A DNA stretch of 64,000 bases from positions 15,251,558-15,315,557 of the forward strand of contig NC_090399.1 in NCBI RefSeq assembly GCF_036365525.1. The letters run 5' to 3'. This stretch comes from Heterodontus francisci. Lineage: Eukaryota. Each line of letters opens with the position of its first letter. Position 1 is the first letter of the stretch. The translations under genes were made by a program, and so were the position numbers. Of the stretch, positions 35,961 through 45,922 are shown one piece after another. Below the pieces are notes generated by a model that saw nothing but the letters and a program-made list of their open reading frames with translations, had not been told where the DNA came from and searched no databases.

Positions 35961-36626
35961 TAGTGCATGCGACTATTTAAGCACATTGGTGTTACCTTTA
36001 ATTTTGGGCGAGTGTAAATCGGCGCGAATTTCGATATCACCCGTTTTAGCATGTCGCTCAAAGTTAAAGTGACTCCTCCTCACTAGGGAAAAATGAAGTG
36101 TGGAAGAGTGCACACAGGCAAGAGACAGAGCGCCTAGTCATGGGTAGAAAATCTGGCGTAAAATCGAGTGGGGCGGCGGAGGTGCCGCACCTCCATGTAG
36201 AATTCCAGCTATCTGACTCATCCCACTTTGAATTCAGCGTCTTTTAAATACGCATTCTTCCACGTTAGCCCAAGTTTCAGGAGCAGCTTCATCCTTCTGA
36301 TGCGACTCTGAAAGGCTATCTTCTGAACATTGGTTTTAGACACTGAGCCACCGTCCCCACCCCCCCCCCCCCCCAACACACACCAGTTTTCTTTATAGGT
36401 GATGATACTGTTGATGCAGTGAAGGCAGGCCAACGTCTGGAAGAAGGAAGGTGAGGGGCAATATTTTGTTGCTCGGGCACAGACCTGGTAGGAGTTTTTT
36501 GTTGTCATTCTTGTTCCACTGAGATGCGAACATTTTTATTTCTTACTCTAGAAACCGCTTCATTTCGGTGAGCTGTTTCACGTTCAATATCAATTAAAAC
36601 CTCTCTCTTCACTCGATTTATTTTAG

Positions 36627-36737
36627 GCCGCATGAAGGAAACAAGATCCGACATAACACCGGTTTTGCTGGGCGCACTGGCATTCATAACCGTGCTAATC
36701 GTGTTTCTGACAGTTCGATTGATGCGTGGGGAAACAA
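36627..36737 (+). CDS. NCR3-like: Gene B TM exon: RMKETRSDITPVLLGALAFITVLIVFLTVRLMRGET, uncharged TM core
   Basis: atttattttag| acceptor, phase 1-1, weak donor A|GTTTGT; homologous to gene A exon 3. Confidence 0.82.
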
Positions 36738-37884
36738 GTTTGTATTTGCTTATACCTAAATAAATAGTGTCCTGTTGTGAACAAGTTACCGTTCGTTGTC
36801 GGTATAGTGTATTTTTAAATTATTTGTTTGTGGGATGTGGGCGTCGCTGGTTAGGCCAGCGTTTATTTTCCATCCTTAATCGCACTTGAACTGAGTGGCT
36901 TGCTAGGCCATTTCAGAGGGCATTTTACGAGTCACTGTGGGTCTGGAGTCACATGTAGGTCAGCCCAGTAAAAGAGAGCAGATTTACTTCCCTAAAAGAC
37001 ATTCGTGAACCAGATGGGTTTTTGCAACAATCGACAATGGTCACCATGAAACTCGCTTTTTTTTTAAATGCCAAAATTGAAAGTCAAATGTTACCATCTG
37101 TTATGGTGGGAGCTGAATCCTCGTCCCGAGAGCAATAGCCTAGTCCATTAATCGCGCGACATGAGCACTGCGCTGCCGCCTCCGCTTGCTGCCAGGGTTG
37201 CATTTGTTTGGTAAAATGTCCAAGTGGCTATTTTCCATACGGGAGTCGTGAGAGGAAGGTTTTCGGGGTGTCTAACTATTCGAGACAGGCATCTACACGG
37301 GTGCAGTTTCTAACACACGGGCTGGGGTTTTTTTTTCCTGTTTCTAGGCGCAGGAGCCGTGAGGTCAATTGTCGCAACCACTCTGGTTCACATTTTGTTA
37401 AAAGTGGGAACGAGAGGGTACTTTAAATAACTCACCACACTCTTCACATAACGACCAGAGTAATTGCTGCTCACGATCACTAAGTGTTTAAAGATAAACT
37501 GTTGTTTAAAGCCTCGTTGAAAATAGATCGACAAGGAATTCTGATTGTTGGAGAATTTTTTACAAAATTGTTCCGACTTTCAAATGGTGATGATGTCCCT
37601 GGCTACGAGTTGTAATTGAGTTACAACAGTTTGTTACTGAATTGTAATAATATGGTGAAGCTGTCATTGATAGGGGAAGAAACAGCTTATTTATCTAGTT
37701 CATCGTTTCTTTTTTTGTGTGTTCGGAAGAATTTAAAAAGAAAGGAAATCACTTCAATTTTGTTACTGTTTTTATTTGGGATCCGAAATAAGTGTTCATG
37801 TTCATATTTGCATTAAAGTCCTATTATATGATGAACTTCATTTTTTAAGCATTATATAATTCTGGCATATTCTGATTACCACAG

Positions 37885-37913
37885 ATTCCAATGATATGCA
37901 AGCAACAAGACAA
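37885..37913 (+). CDS. Gene B cytoplasmic micro-exon NSNDMQATRQ
   Basis: ccacag| acceptor, CAA|GTAAGA donor; phase 1-0 exactly bridges the TM exon and the ITIM exon. Confidence 0.62.
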
Positions 37914-38284
37914 GTAAGAACTATGCGATGCTTTCCATGTCAAATGATAAATGGACGGTTCCAGGGATTTTTAAAAAATCATAATTATCTACAGCCTTCA
38001 TTCAATTTCCAGGTTACATAATTGGCAAAAGTACCAGTGTGGAGACAAGGCTTTTTTTTTAACGCAGCAGGCTGTTGAATGGATTGCACTGTCTGAATGG
38101 GTGCTGGAAGGAAAATTAATAAAATAACTTCCAGAAACAATTGGATAAATGCTTGAAGGAAAAACATTTGCAGGGCTCGAGGGAAAAAAGCAGCGGAATA
38201 GCATTATTCTCTTTGAAAGAACCAGCACAGGCACAATGGGCTGAATGGCTCTCGTGCGCTTTCTATGATTTCAAATAACTTTTT

Positions 38285-39360
38285 TCATTCATTCATGGGA
38301 TGTGAGCGTCGCTGGCAACGCCAGCATTTATTGCCCATTCCTACTTGCCCTTGAGAAGGTGGTGGTGAGCTGCTTTCTTGAATCACTGCAGTCCTTGAGG
38401 TGTAGGTACACCCGCAGTGCTGTTAGGAAGGGAGTTCCAGAATTTTGACCTAGTGACAGTGAAGGAACGGTGATATAGTTCCAAGTCAGGATGGTGTGTG
38501 GCTTGGCGGGGTGACTTGCAGGTGGTGCTGTTCCCATGCATCTGCTGCCTCTGTCCTTCCAGGAGGTATAGGTCACGGGTTCAAGCATTTATCCAATTGT
38601 TTCTGGAAGTTATTATTAATTCTGCTTCCAGCACCATTCAGGCAGCGCAATCCAGACTCCAACAGCCTGCTGCAGATTTGAAACGTGCTCTCGAAGGAGC
38701 CTTGGTGAGTTGCTGCAGTGCAGTTTGTACAGACTGCTCCCGCTGTGCGCCAGTGGTGAAGGGAGTGAATGTTGTAGGTCGTGGATGGGGTGCCAATCAA
38801 GTGGGCTGCTTTATCCTGGATGGTGTCAAGAAATTTGAGCTGAACCCATCCAGGCAAGTGAAGAGTATTCCATCACACGCTTGACTTGTGCCTTGTAGAT
38901 GGTGGAGGGGTATTGGTGAGTCAGGAGTTGAGTTATACACTGCAGAATGTTCAGTCTCTGACCTGTTGTTATAGCCACAGTATGTATGTGGCTGGTCCAA
39001 TTCAGTTTCTGGTCAATGGTAACCCCCAGGATGTTGATATTGGGGGATTCAGTGATAGTAATGCTATTGAACATCAAGGAGAGATGGTTAGATTCTCTCT
39101 TGTTTGAGACTGTCATTACCTGGCACTTATGTGGTGCGAATGTTATTTCCAACTATTCAGCCGAAGCCTGAATTTCGTCCAGATCTTTCTGCATCTGGAC
39201 ACGGCCTGTTTCAATATCTGAGGAGTCGCGAATGATGCTAAACATTGTGCAACCATCAGCGAACATCCCCACTTTAGACCTTATGATGGAGGGAAGATCA
39301 TTGATGAAGCAGCTGTAGATGGTTGGGCCTAGAACACTATCCTGAGGAACTCCTGCAGTA
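38285..39360 (-). mobile_element. CR1-group LINE 3' fragment, second family
   Basis: TFAPHKCQVMTVS, MEYSSLAWMG, LDTIQDKAAHLI. Confidence 0.85.
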
Positions 39361-40404
39361 ATGCAGCTGAATGATAGTCAATTCAAGCTGATGAAATGCG
39401 CATTATGCCACTCCCAGCACCCTCCGACTGCATTACGGCTTGAATTTCAACGAACTCAATCAAACGCGATGCACCTCTATGAGATCAAAGGGACCTTCGG
39501 CGGTAGCGAAAAACAGCACGTTTAAAAGTCAATGGAAAATTAGATTGGGCAAGGGGTAAGACAGGTGGCCGATCTGCTATCGCCCATTTTGCGCTACCGC
39601 CCAAGTCTAATAAACCCCAAAAGTTTCTTGATTGTAATTGTTCGCATCGAAACAGGGTTACTACATCCCAATCCAGTTCCTGGTATTTGTGTGCTTGGGT
39701 CAAAAAAATGGCGCTGAATTTGCATCGTACTCATGAGTTCAATTAGATCGCCACAATAATGGCTCCTGTGGACACTAGAAAAATGTTGCAATTTTAGAAC
39801 AGGAGGGTCTTATTGAATCCCCTGATACGGCCGATTTATAGCGACAAGGACACTTTACTTAATCCTCTGTTATACGCGACTATTGAATAGCCCATAGTCT
39901 CTCAAGGGGGAAATGTTCCTTACATCCGTAACCTTCTTAAACACAAAATGTTTATCGACATTACGCTCCCGATGACTGATAAACTGGATTGTTTTATACG
40001 GAATCGTGTTCTTGTCCCATATAAGCATTTTGATTGGCAGCAAATTTGTGGTATTGGGATTTTGAGAACTTCTTTGATTGAGACCTTGTAGAAGAGCAGC
40101 CTCCCCATCCTCATCGCCCCCTCTCCGCTCCCAATGTTGAAGTACTATTGTAATTGGATGATGCAAAGCGGAGCGCAGAAATCCTGAGGAAATCAGAGAA
40201 GGTTCAGTAACTCAAATAGTTTCACCAATCCAAGGCCCTGTAAAGTATGAGGTACATCAGGAGAAAACGCATGAGTCTTGATTTTAATATAGTGTGAATA
40301 CATGCAGAAAGATCGAAGGCGATTGAGCTCAAATCACAAAAAAGCTGTAATTCAATGATGAGAATTGCTGTTTATTGATCATCTTAATGCTTTAATCCTT
40401 TTAG

Positions 40405-40620
40405 GCGCTTCCTCATTATCGTGTTGCTGAAGAGGAGTCTTTGCATTACGCTCAGATGAATATACAGCAAGCGAGAAGGCAGGACAGAGTCAACAGAAAC
40501 GTAGCTGACATAGAATATGCCTCAATAAACTCACTGAGTTCCTGCATGTCCCACAAGCCTCGGCGACCTGAGCTGACATATGCCAATTCCGGAGACCTCA
40601 GGAGGCAAGATCAATTTTAA
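40405..40620 (+). CDS. NCR3-like: Gene B terminal exon with ITIM-type motifs
   Basis: tttaatccttttag| acceptor; ALPHYRVAEEESLHYAQMNIQQARRQDRVNRNVADIEYASINSLSSCMSHKPRRPELTYANSGDLRRQDQF*. Confidence 0.83.
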   Translation, partial: ALPHYRVAEEESLHYAQMNIQQARRQDRVNRNVADIEYASINSLSSCMSHKPRRPELTYANSGDLRRQDQF

Positions 40621-43600
40621 ACAGTGGGAAAAGACAGTGCGGGGGTGGGGGAGGGGGGGCGTGAAAATGGTCTTGGGTGGTCCAAAAAATGGCAGCCGAT
40701 ACTGCACTGTAGACAATTGACTTTAATGAAGTTGAATTTCGGACGGAACGTAAAGCGGGCTACAGATGTTCTATCGCCTGTTTTGTGCTATATCGGAAGA
40801 GCAATTTAATCTCCTCCCTAAACTACTGTACTCCACCAGTATAGGCGACGATCATCCAACCTGTGAACTATATGTAACCTGATAATTGGGGAAAGTAATG
40901 TGTGAGGCTAAAAGTATAAACAAGTCCACAGCAGGGAAGTAGGAATGTGCGGAGACAGCTATGTGGTGTAACTAAACTGTAAAGGGAAAGTGGATGTACC
41001 TGCAAGGTTTTATGAACCCATGTGTAAACTTATTGCTAAATTTGTAACAGACGCGCCATGTGAGTTGGTTGCTTGGAGACCGGTGGTCGGCGGAGTCAAG
41101 TAATGCCTTGTTATCAGATACGGGCTGGAGAACGGAGAACTAGCTATACAATGTGGTTGAAATTTGAGGGATGAGGCTAGCAAAAATAAGATGCCAAAAC
41201 CGGTGAAAGGTGAACCGACTGCGGCTGATGCAGCGCACCCGCGGCGTTAGCAACAGCTGACCGACCAATCGCCGTACATCGCGTAGTCAGGTCCAGCACA
41301 TCCCGAGCTGATCACGCAGGTAGCATGCACGAAACAGGAAACTGTGCTCCAAAGTGCTGGCTAGCTAGCTCAGGACTAAGTAGTCTGATCAACTACTTGG
41401 AGAATCGGAAGAGTGAGGACTGATCACATGCTCCGTTCCGACTCTCGGATGAGCCTAAGTAACCTAGCTTACGTGGATGCGTGAGTATAATCTCTGTTGA
41501 AGATAAGATTTTGAAATGCTGAATAAACGGGCTATGTCTGAGCAATAATTTGGTAGTCTGGAGACGTTGATACCCAGAGTAAACCTTCGGACCATTAGTA
41601 GGGATAGGCTACAGATTAATTGGCGAGCCATCCAGGAGGTTGAAGGTAAAGAAATGACTAGACTAACCATCGAGGCGTTAGTACAACGTTACTTAGGGAA
41701 AAAGGTACCGCTCAAGGAGCAATGGGTGCAGATCATCCTCCGAAGCGAGGACCTGGTACAGCAGGTGGTCGAGTGGACACAAGGCTCCACTCGGTTGTCG
41801 GCCATAGAAGGGTTCCTCTAGCTGATGGCTTAGCAGCTAACGGAGCAAAATGACTAGGAGAAGATGCAGAAGTTAAGACAGAAATTAGAAGAGAGAGAAA
41901 CGGCAGTGAATAGATTATTAAAAGAATTGGAAGAGGAGCGACAAGGTCACAAGGAGGATTTAGAAAAGCATGAAAAGGAAAAGTGGTGCAGCTGACTACA
42001 GTTTGTTGAGAGTCAGAGGGTGAACAATCAGTGCCAGAGTGACTCCTAGGCTGAGGAAGCACCCACTCAACGCTGCAGGGCGGAAGGGGCCGAGAGACAG
42101 TGTGTTGACCTGAAGGTTGCATGCCAGTGCCTGGTTAAGGAGAAACAGCCTAGTCAGTATCAAAAGGGAAATCATTGCAACCCCCAGTCACCGGGGATAG
42201 TGGAAAGCATGAACAGAACCATTAAAAACGCTTTGCAAAAAGAGTTGGAGGGAAGGTCCCAGCGATGGGGTGAAGTACTGCCCTTAGTCCGAATGCATAT
42301 CAGAGGGCAGAAGTCCAAAGGAACAGGGTATTCCCCCCATGGATTGGTGACGGGGAGGCCCATCCGTAACCACCGCCCCCGCCCCCCCCCCCCCCCCACC
42401 TGTTGAAACCCACACTGATGGAACAGCAGGCTCAGGAGGTACCTAAACATAAAATCACCCGAGATCAGTGGAACCAATGGCAATTGTTGCATGAAAGTGC
42501 AGCTAGTAATATCGAGATGAGGCATCGACAGAACAAACTACTCCTGATGCCGGGCAAGTCCCAAGAATGGGACATTGGGGACAAGGTCATGGTAAGAAAC
42601 TATGCAAGGGTGGGAGTATTTGAACCCATGAACAAAGGCCCATACTACATTGTGGACAAGGTCAGTCCTTTGGTTGAAGCCATCCAATTGCCCAAACATG
42701 TTAAATGGTTCCACATCAACCAAATGAAGAAGGTGCATCTGAAAACCCATGAAACGGGAAACGTGGCTAGTAGCACATCCCGAAAGGAACCCGACAGCTG
42801 CGTGGTGTAACTGAAATGTAAAGGGGAAGAGTTTGTACTAACACCCGCAAGGTTTGATGCAGACATTTCTAAACTCACTGCTAAATTTGTAACAGATGCG
42901 CCATGTGAGCTGGTTGCTTGGAGACCGGGGGTCGGCGGAGTGAAGTAATGTCTTGTTATCAGACAAGGGCTGGTGAACGGAGAATTAGCTATACAATGTC
43001 GTCGAAACATGAGGGATGAGGCTACCAAAAATAAGTCGATGTCAAAACCAATGAAAGTTTGACTGACTTACCTTTCGGGTGAGCAGCGGAGAGCAGTCCA
43101 GGCGCAGCGCAGTTTGAAAACAAAGTGAGCAGTGAAGTCACAGGAAGGCTGCAAGGTGAGTGGTTGGTGAGTAACTGCTGTCAGGGAATAACTCTAAATA
43201 GCTGGCTAAGTAACTAAAAGCAAAAGGAAAGGTCTACAAATTTTTTTTAATATAGTAGGTAGGTTTTTTTTAGGGAATCAAGGTCCCTGGTGTAAATTAT
43301 CTAATTTTTGGGAAATTTAAGGGAATAAATTAATGCTACGTCATGACAGGGCAGCTCAGCAGTGTGAAGTGTTCCTCCTGTGCAATGTGGGAAGTCAGAG
43401 GCACTTCCAGTGTCCAGGGCAAACACGTGTGCAGGAAGTGTCTCCACCTTCAGCGACTTGAAATTCATGTTTTGGATCTGGAGCAGTGGCTGGAGACACT
43501 GTGGAGCATCCGCGAGGCTGAGCTCATCGTGGATAGCATGTACAGGGAGGTGGTCAGCCTGCAGGTAAAGACAGCTAAGACAGAAAAGGAATCGGTGACC

Positions 43601-44409
43601 GCCAGGAAGAACTGCCAGGTAGTGCAGAAGTCCCCTGGGTACATCTCCCTTTCTAACAGATTTTCCACTTTGGATAATGTTGGGGGAGATAGTTTCTCAG
43701 GCGAATGCAGCAAGAGCCAAATCTGTGGCACCACGGGTGGCTCAGCTGCACAGGAGGGGAGGAAAAGGAATGGAGGAGCTGTTGTGATAGGGGATTCTAT
43801 CGTAACCAGTACAGATAGGCGTTTCTGTGGCCACAAACGTGACTCCAGGATGGTATGTTGCCTCCCTGCTGCTAGGGTCAAGGATGTCACGGAGTGGCTG
43901 CAGGACATTCTGATGTGGGAGGGTGAACAGTCAGAGGTTGTGGTACACATTGGTACCAACGACATAGATAGAAAGAGGGATGAGGTCCTGCAACCATAAT
44001 TTAGGGAGCTAGGTAGCAGATTAAAAAGCAGGACCTCAAAAGTTGTAATCTCTGGATTACTCCCAGTATCATGTGCTAGTGAGTATAGGAATAAGAGGAT
44101 AGAGCAGATCAGTGCGTGGATGAGGAAATGGTGCAGGAGGGAGGACTTTAGTTTCCTGGATCACTGGGTCTGTTTCTGTACAAGTTGGACGGGTTGCACC
44201 TGAACCGGAATGGGACCAACATCCTTGCTGGGAGGTTTGCTAGTGCTGTTGGGGGTGGTTTAAACTAATTTGGCAGGGGGATGGGATACAGAGTGGAGGT
44301 ACAGTAGGGGGTGATGCACGCCAAATATAGAAGAGAAACTAAGTCAGCCTGGAAGGCAGAGCAAATATAGATATTTGTTAAGGCACAAGTGAAAAATGCA
44401 AGGCTGGAT

Positions 44410-44815
44410 TAGAGGCCTGCTTTAGGTCGGGAAAACGAACCCGACCGAGCCCGATCTGGCCCCAATCCCTCCGATTTTGCCCCGAACCAGCCAATACGCA
44501 ACCCAAAACAAGCCTGACCCGACCATCCCTTTACTTAACCTTCCTGACACCAAAACTGCCGGAAGCTGCAGCGCATGTGCGATGATGTCATAATGACGCC
44601 AGTTGCTCTGCGCAGACTCAGTTTCATCCCTGACTCCCAGCTGAGGTAAGTTTTTTTTAAATTCTAGCAGAGCACTTATTGTGTGTGTCGGGCCCGACTC
44701 GACCCGGACTCAGCCCGACCCGACCCGAGCCCAAAAGCTGACTCCGGAGGATGGCCTGACCCGACCCGAATCTGACACATGTTGTCGTGTCCCGGGGTCG
44801 GGTAGCAGGCCTCTA
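44410..44815. mobile_element. Non-autonomous hAT-type MITE, 406 bp
   Basis: 12-bp perfect TIR tagaggcctgct/agcaggcctcta, 8-bp TSD ggctggat, subterminal cccga repeats. Confidence 0.9.
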
Positions 44816-45610
44816 GGCTGGATTGCATATACTTTAATGCAAGGAGTTTTACTAGTAAGACAGATAAATTGAGGGCGTTGATTAGCACATGGGATTTTGA
44901 TACTATTTCTATCACAGGGACATGGTTCAGGGAGGGACAGGACTGGCAGCTCAATATTCCAGGGTATAGAATCCTCAGGCGAGATAGGGAAGGGGAAAAA
45001 GAGGAGGTGGCATTGCACTGTTGATCAAGGAGTCAATTACTGTAGTAAGGAGGGATGATATCTTTGAAGGTTCCTGAAATGAGACCATATGGGTAGAACT
45101 TAAAAACAAAAAAGGGAACAATCACTTGGCTGGGCATGTACTACAGGCCTCCAAACAGTGAGGGAGAGATAGAGGAGCAGATACATCGGCAAATCTCAGA
45201 GAGGTACAAAAATAATAAGGTATTAATAGTAGGGGACTTCAACTTCCCCAATATCACATGGGATAGTCATAGTTCAAAAGGCTTAAAGGGGGCGGAATTC
45301 TTAAAATGCATACAGGAGAGCTTTTTGAGCCAGTACATAGAAAGTCCTACAAGAGAAGGGGCAGTACTGGACCTAATCCTAGAGAATGAAGCAAGAGAAG
45401 TGGTAGAAGTGTCGGTGGGGGAGCATTTCGGGGATAGTGACCATAACTCTTTAAGATTTAAGCTAGTTATGGAAAAGGACAAAGATGTACTAGAACTAAA
45501 GGTAATGAATTGGGGGAAGGCCGATTTCAATAATTATAAAACAGGATCTGACCAAAGTGGACTAGGAGCAGCTACTTGCAGGATAGTCTACATCAGACCA
45601 GTGGGAGTCA

Positions 45611-45922
45611 TTCATTTATTTATTTAGAGATACAGCACTGAAACAGGCCCTTCGGCCCACCGAGTCTGTGCCGACCAACATTTATACTAATCCTATATTC
45701 CCTACCACACCCCCACCATTCTCCTACCACTTACCTACACTAGCAGCAATTTACAATGGCCAATTTACCTATCAACCTGCAAATCTTTTGGAGGTGGGAG
45801 GAAACCGGAGCACCCGGCAGAAACAGGGAGAACATGCAAACTCCGCACAGGCAGTACCCAGAACTGAACCAGGGTTGCTGGAGCTGTGAGGCTGCAGTGC
45901 TAACCACTGCGCCACTGTGCCG
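45611..45922 (-). mobile_element. V-SINE (HE1-like) inserted in CR1 ORF2
   Basis: Same family as 27052-27406; interrupts ORF2 after the endonuclease domain. Confidence 0.85.
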
